Origin: Octopus vulgaris
Taxonomy: Eukaryota
Reading direction: 5' to 3'
Assembly: GCA_951406725.2 (NCBI GenBank)
Contig: OX597824.1
Span: 85,746,001-85,810,000 of the forward strand
DNA: 64,000 nucleotides
Positions 38,502 to 50,600 of this stretch are shown piece by piece (position 1 is the first letter of the stretch; the number at the start of each line of letters is the position of its first letter). A program made the position numbers and the translations under genes. The notes under the pieces were generated by a model that had not been told where the DNA came from, ran no database searches, and was given only the letters and a program-made list of their open reading frames with translations.

Positions 38502-38872
38502 TAAGTCATTTTGATAAGATCACGTCTGGTGTCAACAACATTGTGTGTGTTATCATAGTGCTGACCCCAGTGGTCAATGTAAAAAGCAATGTCGACCCAA
38601 ATGTCATACGATCCTCAGAAAGCGATCCTGTAATCTTAGTCATTTCACCCTCTCAAATATCAAGAAAGAAGGAAGAAGACGATTTCCGCATTACCGTTCG
38701 ACTTGCAATGGACATAGTATTTCCAGCTATGACAATCTTATATTACTGTATATCGAATGTCGTCTTTCTTTTTTGAAAAAAAAAACAGATGTGATTTTGA
38801 GGGAGAGCTTTAACAGTTATTTTTACCAGCACTAGTGACCACAAATACGTTCCTGCACTGACTTATTGTAAA

Positions 38873-39266
38873 CTAGCAGTATCGCCCGGCGTTGCTCGGG
38901 TTTGTTTCGACCCTTTAGAATTGGAATTTTTGAAAAGTAAAAATTTTGCATCATGTAGCTTGTTATTCTCTTTAAGTGAACATTTTTCTGGTTGCAATAC
39001 ATCCGAAAATGGCGACACAGCAGTCAAAAAATCGTAAAAAAATAGGGATTTCCATAGATAAAAAAGCACCTTTTTGATGTAAATAATTTTTGGTGTTAAC
39101 ATGGTCCGATTTGAATTTTATCTTCTACAGAAGAAAGAGTAAGCCTTCTTCTATCATACTTTCAATTTTGGTCAACTTGCTCCGCAGGGTCTCGGAGAAG
39201 ATAGTGTTAGTTGAAGGCTACCAAACCTGCCATACACAGACAACTTCAGCTTTATTTATAGAGAGA
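38873..39266 (-). mobile_element. Non-autonomous Helitron, family H1, about 200 bp upstream of the NHLRC2 ATG
   Basis: Minus strand hairpin CCCGAGCAACGCCGGG followed by CTAG|T; TC start. Confidence 0.75.
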
Positions 39267-39464
39267 TTAAATGCTTACAGCAGCATCGTTTACCAAGCCT
39301 TCTCGTATCTAAGCATTAATTAGGCTCTCGATATTGTTTAACACCGGTGACCGAACGAAAATCGATGCAGGTATTGTGATGAATGAAAATTTAAAAAATA
39401 AATAAATAAATAAACCTGAGGATTAGAAAATAGAGTTATCTTCCTTGGCTCCCATGTGTTAATT

Positions 39465-39618
39465 ATGGCGGATCTAAACAGTGTCTTGGAATTATGCGGA
39501 GACCTGGAGATGAAATTAGAAGAAACACTTCTTCAAAAGGAAAGACGGGATCTAATTACCGAACATTTGGCATTAATTAGTTCCAAGTACAAATTCACAA
39601 TACCAGATTTTCCTGTCG
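39465..39618 (+). CDS. NHLRC2: NHLRC2 exon 1 ([10 protein letters not shown]...TIPDFPV-G)
   Basis: ATG at 39465; G|GTTAGT donor, phase 1; ends in the PDFP-G motif; absent from the ORF track. Confidence 0.88.
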
Positions 39619-40045
39619 GTTAGTTAATATCCAGTTATTTAGATATATATATTTCTATAGTTTTAACGGTATATCTGTCGTTCTTTTATTGTTTCTTCAA
39701 ACTAAAACATACTTTCCCCTCATTACTTGTTTCTTTTTCGCTAAACTTATATCGAGTTCGACTTCGCCCAAGCGGTTTCGACTCTCCACTTGCTTCAGTT
39801 TGTTCTAGAAAAGCATGAACGTCTCACGATCGGCTTCCGTTATATTGTAAATTAACGGCTTTATCACTAAGGAAATTCAAAATGATTTTGTACTTGTTGA
39901 ACACCTACCTGTGTATATATATTTATATATACATGCATACATACATACATACACACCTAAATTAACTTCGTAGGCATATCTTACCATTTGCAGAGATAAA
40001 AGAGAAGTTTCTTAGTTGATAAGCGAATTTTATTTGTATTTTGTT

Positions 40046-40084
<39 letters not shown>

Positions 40085-40429
40085 TCACATTCTTTATCTT
40101 GTCATGGAGGAAAACCAAAGAAAGAGAGAAAAAAAGTAGCCTGTTGGGTGTTAACAACTGTGTAGAAAACAAATTACAAAAAAAAATTGCGCAAACGAAC
40201 CTGGGGGGTGCGGAGAGGACTTTCGGAAAATTCGCAAAATCAGATTTTTCGGGAAAATAGATATATATTGATTTTATTTTTTAACGGAATCCCACGTTTT
40301 TTGGTTATGGAGGATCCGATTCTAAAAAAAAAAAAAAATTTTCAAAAATCGCATTTTCAAAATATTAATTTTTTTCAGAATCGGATCCTCCATAACCAAA
40401 AAACGTGGGATTCCGTTAAAAAATAAAAT

Positions 40430-40463
<34 letters not shown>

Positions 40464-42373
40464 ATCCATTTTCCCGAAAGTTATGATGGAAAAAATAGGA
40501 TCTTGTGAATTTTCCGAAAGTCCTCCTCCACCCGGTTCGTTTGCGCAATTTTTTTTTTGTCACATTCGTTTTCTACACAGTTGTTAACACCCAACAGGCT
40601 GTTATTCTTTCTTTTTTTTGGTTTTTGTTAACGAGTGAAGATCTTTATATTGACCGAAAATTCTAGATGCAGACAAATTGGTATAAACACACCACACCCT
40701 GACAGACGTTGTAAACACTAACAGTACATACACACAGTTATAATTAACTTTTGCTTTATTATTAATTTGCATTAACATAACTATTATTGCGATCGTTATA
40801 ATATGCTTGTTGGTCTACCCTTTATTCAAATTTCAGTCGCTGATTTCAGACTTTTTTTTTTAATCATAAAATTTATTTTTAAACATTAAAATTGCGTCAG
40901 CCAACCTTTTTGTGTGTAGCAAAATGTTTTTATTCTTTTTTTCCTTGAATTCTTGAAACAAGCCATAAAGTTGATTGTATCTCCTGAAAAATTACAAATA
41001 AAATTCGCGTAGACAACTTAGAAACTTCTCTTCTATCTCTGCAAATGGTAAGAGATGCCTACGAAGTTAATTTAAGGTAGATTGACGGGAGTTGAAGTGA
41101 CTGTGTGTGTACACTTGTATATAAATAATAATGAAATTATTGTATACAGTGCTAAAGTGCACCACAACTTGTCAAAAGTGCGTATAAAGCATCTGCCTTA
41201 ATGTACAAATGTCTGAGAAGTGAACAGTGTATGAGTCAGATACATGCTTGGGTGTGTATGGAGTGGAGAAAATCAGCCTTAAAGGTGAGGGGTTTCTCTT
41301 CTCCCGAGTATTCGTAGTTCAATATCTCGGCCCTTTGTGAGTCACAAGAGGCTTCGGCACACTGTGTGGTACATTAAAAGTGTCCACCACCGTTAGATTC
41401 CGGCCCAACAAGCACTGCCTGTAATTGGTATATTGTTATTTAGGCAGAGATAAAGAATACGTATACCATCCGTTTTCGGCGTAACAAAAACCCTAACCCT
41501 AAACACCGGGTGTACGTATTTTTTAACTTTCGCCGGCATTAATAACTGGTACTGTTTAAGAAGAGTGGTCCCGGTGTGCGCACTCGCGCATCCGCACTAG
41601 CTAGTCGTGACTAGTCGATCCTACAACGACTACCTAGCAAAGTAAATAAAACACAAAATAAATATTTTTTTTTACACAAAGTAAATAATTTTTTTAAACA
41701 AAGTAAATAAAACACAAAAACACAAAGTAAGGATCGACTAGTCACAACTAGCTAGCGGGGATACGTGACTACGCGAGTGCGCGCACCGGGACAACTCTTC
41801 TTAAATTACCTTAATTACACAGGTATCAAAACTTTTTAGTAGTACATACATTCAGGTCCCTGATACTTTATACAAGTAGGATAGTAGAACTTTAAAAACC
41901 GGTTATGTTTTTTATCGACCTTCCCGCCCGGTGAGAATAATAAAAAAAAGTATGTCGATCACCAACTGAATTCGAACGTGGAGTAGGAAACTAAAAACTG
42001 TATTTAGTCCCATTCTTTCGTCGGTGTCCAGTGTTATTTATTAATAATATTTGCAAAATAAGTTTAAAGATGGTGTTTTGTGAGGAGAAATGAAAAATTA
42101 AGATGTTCTTCGCTTGACAGAGAGTGGCTTGTTTCTATAAATGAGATGAGACTGAAGAGAGAATTGGATAAGATCTGTTTAAATATTGTAAATAATTATT
42201 TGTTGACAGTAAATATAATTAATTGTTTCTCTCGTCGGACAACGGCCATGCTGGGGCACCTCATTAACGGGGTTTAACCAATCGGCCTCGGTACTTTTTT
42301 AATCGTTAAGTTACGGAAACGTAAACAAACCGGCCATCGGCTGTCAGGTGGTGGTGGTGGTGGTAGTGGGGAC

Positions 42374-42408
<35 letters not shown>

Positions 42409-45400
42409 CACACACACACATTAACACAGTGGGTATAGATAGAGAAAATGGTAAAGGAACATTGATCCTATCTTCTATGTAATTTTTAAGTCTATCACAC
42501 TACATATTCTCTTACATGACTAAATGTTTTGTTATTTAGTAGTAGTAGTACTAGTAGTTTAGGCTAATCCTGCTCCCCCCATGTCCCCCCATTTTTTATT
42601 CGAACATGATGTGGCCAGGATTTCATTATCCAATGTACACAATCCATTTTAAAGGTAGCAAAATGTAATTTACAAGAGAATTAGTTGCTATTTCTAGCAG
42701 GCAGAGTGACCACATAAAGGTTCTCATGTTATTTTATGTCTTATAAACTGTTTTATTTCTTCTGTGAATATATACTATGTTTGCTTATGTATAAGTCACG
42801 CCCTTAATCTAGCGCTAAATCTTGGTACAGATTTCTTATCTTTCAGTGTTAGCTTTGCCTTGTATATAAGCCACACCCTAGGTTTTCTTTTTTTTTAGTT
42901 AAACCAAGTAAATCATAGTACAACTTATCCATGAGTAAACACAGATGTGACCCTGTGTCACTGTTGGGTTGTTGTTCCTTCTCTAGCCAGGCCTGGCTCA
43001 TAAGGGCTGGTTTCCCAGTTTCCTTGGCTTATAGGTTCCCCACCTGGATGGGACGCCGGTTCCATCGCAGGTGAGCTGCAAGATACAGGAGGAAAGAGTG
43101 AGAGAAAGTTGTGGCGAAAGAGTCAGCAGAAGTTCGCCATTACCTTCTGCCGGAGCCGCATGGAGCTGAGGTGTTTCGCTCATAAACACACACACACACC
43201 GCCCGTGAAATTTGAACCCACGATCTCTTGACCGCCTGTCCACTGCTCTAACCACTAGGCCATGTGCCTCCACACTGTTGGGGTGAATGTTATAAATATA
43301 TAGATCTGGGCTCCTGTTACTGTGGAGGAGGGTCTTGTTATAAATAGAGCTCACCCTGGCTCACTGTGGAAAGTTTCTACAATAAGTCTATAGATGCACC
43401 TTATGCCAGTATAAGAATATTTGCCTTTAACCTTTTAGTATTCAGATTACTTGGTCAAATGTTTTACTTATTTATTCACTGCTTTGAATTATTCATGCAT
43501 TCTCTTGTAGCTTTGAGATTTAGATGATGTGATTGTTTATTTTTTTTACAATGTCATTACGGGGTTGATGGCAGAGGCCAGATCTGGCCAGGTTCAACAT
43601 AGAATAAGAATATTTTGGCCAGATATGGCCAAAAGGGTTAATGCACTCCTTTCCTGAATTTGTACTGCTGAAATAAGGGTGTGTCTCCTATGCCATCAAA
43701 TATGGTTATTTTGAAAACTTGCTCATTATATCACACCTAAGTGTGGAGGCGCGCGGCTTAGTGGTTAGGGTGTTAGCATCGTGATTGTGGTTTCGATTCC
43801 TGGATCAGGCGATGTGTTGTGTTCTTGAGCAAAACACTTCATTTCACGTTGCTCCAGTCCACTCAGCTGGCAAAAATGAGTAACGCTGCGATGGACTGGC
43901 GTCCCGTCCAGCTGGGGAACACATACACCATAGAAACCGAGAAACTGGGATCCATGAGCCTGGCTAGGCTTTAAAAAGGGCGCATTTATTTATATATATC
44001 ACACCTAAAGTGATTTAGCGCTTCTAAACCCTTTAGCATTCAGATTATTCTGTCAAATGTAATGCTTATTTACTCACATTGTTTTGAATTAGTCATTGCA
44101 TTATCTCAAAGCTTCAAGAGTTTGATAGTGTGATTGTTTTATTTTTCGAATGACATTTTGAATGAAATCAAAATCAAATTCGATGACTGGGATCCGTGCT
44201 AGTGGAGCGCTAAGAGCACCATCCGAGCATGATCATTACCAGCATCGCCTTACTGGCACTTGTGCCGGTGGCATGTGAAAAAACATTAAAGCGAGGTTGT
44301 TGCCAGTGTCGCCGGACTGGCTCCTGTGCAGGTGGCACGTAAAAGGAAAAACACTATTTGAGTGTGGTCGTTGCCAGTACCACCTGACAAGCCCTCGTGC
44401 CGTTGGCACGTAAAAGCACCCACTGCACTCTCGGAGTGGTTGGCATTAGGAAGGGCATCCAGCTGAAAAAAACTCTGCCAGATCAGACTGGTTCGCCAGT
44501 CCTCAGTCAAATCGTCCAACCCATGCTAGCATGGAAAGCGGACATTAACCCTTTAGTGTTTAAACCGGTCATATCCGGCCCAAATAATTTACCTGTTTTA
44601 TGTTAAAACTACCCAGATTTGGTATCTCACACCAACCTATAATGTCATTCTAAAAACAGGTGATAACATCATCGAAATTTTGAAGCTATGAATTAATGCA
44701 TGATTAGCTTAAAACAATATGGATGAATAAGTATTATATTTGATAGAATAATATGAATGCTAAAGGGTTGAACGATGATGATGATGATTGTAGGTAGGAT
44801 ATTTTGGGTGGATATCTAAAGGGTTAGATATGTAGATCTGTACCCTTGTGTTACTGTATTGCATATATTTTTTTTTCCTCAACACTTTCATGTCTTTTTC
44901 TTTCTTTTTTTTTTTTTGTTGTGAAGGTTGTGACTGGCTGAACTCTGTTCCTCTCTCGCTGACCAACCATCTCAAGGGTAAAGTGGCAGTCTTAGACTTC
45001 TTTACTTACTGTTGCATGAACTGTCTTCATGTTTTGCCAGACTTGGAAATCCTGGAAGAAACTTACAGCATAGAGAAAGGTGTGGTTGTGATCGGTGTCC
45101 ATTCGGCTAAATTCAACAACGAGAAAGTGTTGGACAATGTAAGGAATGCTGTACTACGTCACAACATCATGCACCCTGTCATTAACGACCCTGAGGCCTA
45201 CCTCTGGAATGAACTCATGATAAATTGTTGGCCAACCTTTGTTGTCCTTGGACCTAACAATGAATATCTTCACTCGTTTGCTGGAGAAGGTAACAGACAG
45301 AGAATATTGGAATTTATTGATGTTGCCTTGGAGTATTATGGAGAGACTGGATTAATAAAACCTCACCAGTTGCCGCTACATTTAGAGAAAAATCATTTAG

Positions 45401-47634
45401 AGAGATGCGAGGACATTCTCCAGTTTCCCGGAAAGCTCTGTGTTGATGGTCAGGGGTCAATGTTATACATCTCAGACAGTGGTCACAATAGAATACTTGG
45501 CTGTAATCTTACCTCAGGTGTCATTAAGGTAAGTATTTTTATTTTAGAAATGGCATCTTTTTCAGTGTCACTATCATCATCATCATCACCACTACCATCA
45601 TCATTATCATCATCTTTGTCACTAGTACTAAAAATATTATTATTATTATTATTAACCCTTTAGTATTTAAACCGGCCATATCTGGCCAAAATATTTAATC
45701 TGTTTTATGTTCAAACTGACCAGATCCAGGCTCTCACACCCACCCTACAATGTTATTCTACATTAGGTAATTACACCATCAAGATCTTGAAGATATGAGA
45801 TAATGCTTGATTAATTCAAATCAATGGGAATCAATAAGCATTATGTTTGATAGGATAATCTGAACACTACAGGGTTAAGTAAGGTGGCAGGTTGGCAGAA
45901 TGGTTAGCGTGCTGGGTGAAATGCTTGGTGGTATTTTGTCCGTCTTCACATTCTGGGTTCAAATTCCACCAAGGTCGACTTTGCCTTTCATCCTTTCAGG
46001 GTCAACAAAATAAGTACCAGCTGAATACTGGGGTCAATGTAATCGACTATCCCCCACCCCCAAATTTCAGGCCTTGTGCCTATAGTATTTCTTTACTGCT
46101 CACAAGGGGCTACACATAGAGGGGACAAACAAGGACAGACAAATGTATTAAGTCGATTATATCGCCCCCAGTGTGTAACTGGTACTTATTTAATCAACCC
46201 TGATTAAATCGACTAGCCCCTTCTCCCAGAATTTTGGGCCTTGTGCCTAGAGCAGAAGAGAATATTTCCAAAACCATCACCATCACCACTGTCAATATTA
46301 TCACACTATTATCATTGTCATTACCATAATTATCTCCTCAAACTAATATCACAACCACTACTACTACCCTCATCATCATCATCATCATTACATTATTGTT
46401 GTAACTATTGGGTTGTCCGGAAAGTTTGTGCCGATTTATAGTAGCTTACCTTTCGACTTATTTTAGAATATGTTTGAGTCCATAAAATAGGATTTGACTA
46501 CACCTCCATTTAGAGCACAGTTTAAGCTATCTTTTCATGGAAGAACATTTATGTTCCTATAACCTGTGTTAATTCTGTAACCCTTTAAAATGGAAGATAA
46601 GAAGGTTTGTTTTCGGCACTTGATGCTTTTCATTTTCCGCAAAGGGAAAAATGCTTCACAAGCAACCAAAGAAATATGTGCAGTTTACGTTGATGTTTCT
46701 TTATCCGAAAGAACTGTACGGAAGTGGTTCGCAAGGTTCTGAGCTGGAGATTGTAGCCTTATTGATAAAGAATGATCAGGCAGACCATCCACTACAGATG
46801 ATGACCAAATCAAGTCATTAATTGAGAATAACCCACATTGCACAACCCGAGGATTGGCAGAAAGCCTCAACCTATCATAATCCATCATTCATGAGCACCT
46901 GGTAATGCTTGGGTAATAACAAGTATTTATTGACCTTTTAATTTCCTTTAAAAATCGGCACGAACTTTCCGGACGACCCAATATTATATATTATCATCAT
47001 CACCATCATCATTGCTTTTATCATTTTTTTCTTACTATCATATGTGTGCCTCTTAATGTGTGTACCTCTGTATGTGTGTGTGTGAGAGAGATGGATTCAC
47101 CGTTATCATTGTATTCAATGTCATTAGAAATTGTTAAGGAAACCATTTGGAAAGCAAGACTATTATCCATGTTCAGGTCATGGGTGACACATAGTTATAC
47201 ATGTTTCTACTCTTGTTATTTCAGACTGTTATTGGAGGACCTGAGAAAGGATTTCAAGATGGTTCTTTTCAAAATGCCAGATTCAATAATCCTCAGGGTT
47301 TAGTGCTAAACCACCAGACATTGTATGTTGCAGACTGTGACAACCATTCCGTGAGAAAGGTAACGCTCACTCACACACACTCTCTCTTTCTGTTTCTCAC
47401 ACACACACACACACACTTTCTCTCTCTCTCTCTCTTTCTCACATGCATACTCTTTTTTCACACTCTCTCATGTATATTTACTCTCTCTCTCTTTCTCATT
47501 CATACACACTCTCTCACATGTTCACTCCCTCATTTTCTCTCTTACACACTTTCTCTTCTTCCTCTCTCTTCTACTCTTTCTCTCTTCTCCCTTTCTCTTT
47601 GCTCTCTCTATTTTCCTCTTCTCCCTTTCTTTGG

Positions 47635-47677
<43 letters not shown>

Positions 47678-50600
47678 ATATATATATATATATATACACA
47701 CATCTTTCTCTCTCTCTCTTTATATGTATATATATATGTATATATCTAGGACCATATTCTCCATTGTGTCCTTTTTAAAGTTGGTAGGGTGTAATTTTTA
47801 TGTAATTTGGTTGCATTTTCTAGCATGTCATCATCATTGTTTAACGTCTTCCATGCTAGCATGGGTTGGTCGATTTGACTGGGGACTGGCAAGCCAGTAG
47901 TCTACACCAGGCTCCAATCTGATCTGGCAAAGTTTCTACAGCTGGATGCCCTTCTTAACGCCAACCACTCCAAGAGTGTAGTGGGTCCTTTTTATGTTCC
48001 ACCAGCACAGGAGCTAGTAAAGCAGAACTGGCATCAACCATGTTTGGATGGTGCTTTTTACGTGCCTCTGGCACAGAAGCCAATCGGTAACTAAACGCTT
48101 TCAAACTTCATATACTGGTAGAATGTGTCATATAAAATATATTTTACTCTTAACATTTTTGAGAAAAGCTTATATTTACGAAGTAATTTCACGTTAAAGT
48201 AGTCCTATTTTGGTAATTTCAACCAATCAATGACGTGTATTCAGCTGAATAAAATTACTGCCGTTGTTTGTCAACAACAACCATTGGCAGTGTATATTTC
48301 GTTTGTCACTGTTACTTATGACATTGTTTGTGCATTTATACTGGTTTTAAGGTGTTAGGGTTATAGGGTTAGGGTTAGGGTTGTCATAAATAACAGTGAC
48401 AAACGAAATATACACCTGAAACTAGCCAATGGCAACTGGACTCAGGACATGGAAAAATGTTTTCCAATATAACACTTTGGGTTGAAAATCAATTTGATCA
48501 ACCTTCTGATTGTGGTGATGATATATTTTACCAGAGAATATATGGTCCTCAACTTTTGATCTATGGACCCTATTTTAAAAGACAGGAGTTTGTAGGGGAA
48601 GTCTTGGTTGCTACATTCAGTAGATCAGGTAGATACATAGAAGCTCCCTGTTTCATGTGGTTGGTTTCTACTTCACTAACAGAATCAACTGAATTATACT
48701 CATTTAGAGTCTGTAGTTTACTTCTTCTGTCACTCAATATCGGTTCCACTTGTTCTTTGGAGTTCAAGTGACTCAATAGCATTACTCTCCATGACTCACA
48801 CTCGGGAGTTTGAGTTACTCATTATCTGTCACTCTTCCTAAATTATTCCATGCAATTTGAGTCACGTAGAATCTGTTATTCTCCCTAACTCATATCGTTT
48901 TCTGATTCCTCTGTGTCATTGTAGATTGATCTGACCAACAATAAAGTCACCACAATTGCAGGAACCGGTTTCCAAGGTGATGATAAAGAAGGAGGAAAAC
49001 TTGGTACACAACAACAACTTTGCTCTCCTTATGATTTGGTGATGGTACCTTCTGTTGGTAAGTACCCTGTAGGAATAAAAGATATTAATAGTATTATGTA
49101 CAGTTGTAGGACCACAACATGGTTCTTGTATGACTGTATGGTATAATGTTTGCTTCTCAACCACATGACCATGATTCCAGGTTCAGTCCCACTGTGTGGC
49201 ACCTTAGGCAAGTGCCTTCTATTATAGCTGGAAACTGGAAGAAGCCTGTCATGAGTATGTGTGTGAGACTCTTACTATCACCTTGCCTTGGTATCACATG
49301 ATAGTTGTAAATGAGTGTCACCATCATGCATGTGATATCCTTTGTTTCCAATCTTCTGCAAAAACATGTCCGATCACAAGGAAATATTACCTTAATAATT
49401 CCTTAAGGAGGCAAGCTTGCAGAATCATTAGGATACCAGGGGAAATTCATAGCAGCATTTCATCTGTCTTTACATTCAGAGTTCACATTCTGCCAAGGTC
49501 AACTTTGCCTTCCATCCTTTCAGTGACAATGAATTAAGTACCAGTTGAGTACTGGGGTTGGTGTACTCAACTTATCCCCTCCTGCAAAATTTCAGGCCTT
49601 GTGCCTATAGTAGAAAGGATTATTATTATTATTATTATTAACAAAATTATTAGAATGTAAAACAAATGCCTTGCAATAATTGTCCTGGCTCTTTATGTTC
49701 TAAGTTCCTGGCAGAATGGTTAGCACGCTGGCCGAAATGCTTAGTGCCATTTCGTCTGTCCTTATGTTTTGAGTTCAAATTCCACTGAGGTCGACTTTGC
49801 CTTTAATCCTTTCAGTGTTGATAAATTAAGTACCAGTGGAGTACTGAGGTCAATGTGATTGACTTAACCCCTCCCCCAAAATTTCAGGCCTTGTGCCTTT
49901 TGTAGAAAAGATTATTATTATTATTATTATAGCAGCTGGAGTCAGCCTAACTTGGCTATTTGTGATTGGTATCAGATCTTCAGCTTGAGAGAAGTTAACC
50001 TGTAACAGACTAGCTTGCCCTGCATGGATAGATTTGTCTTGTACCCCCATAATGTGACAAAAACCAGAGTAATTTATAACATTGTGATTTCTAAAAGTGT
50101 TAGGTATAAAATCTAATTTCTGTTTCAGTTTCTGGTAAACCCGATGTCCTCCTGATTGCTCTGGCTGGTTCACATCAAATCTGGGCCTATTTCTTGCAAG
50201 ATACAGTCTGGTTTCAAAAGAGGTAAATAACCACTTCATCACAGTATTGCCTTACAACTACTGGGTATTTTGTTTTTTGAGAAAAGCATGGAAGCGCAAT
50301 GGCCCAGTGGTTAGGGCAGCGGACTCACAGTTGGAGGAACGTAGCGGCAGACGAAATACCGCTAAGCATTTCGCCCGGCCTGCTAACGTTTCTGCCAGCT
50401 GGCCGTTTTAGCATTTATTATGTTGCTATTGTTAAAACTGAAGTCATTTTTTTTTACCTGATTTTTTTGTATTTGTTTTCTAAATATTCTATACAACAGC
50501 CAATATGAATGCGGCACCTGTGTCTGCGTTGCTGGCAGTGGGTGTGAAGAGAACCGGAACAACAGCTACCCTTTGAAAGCTTCCTTTGCACAGCCATCCG

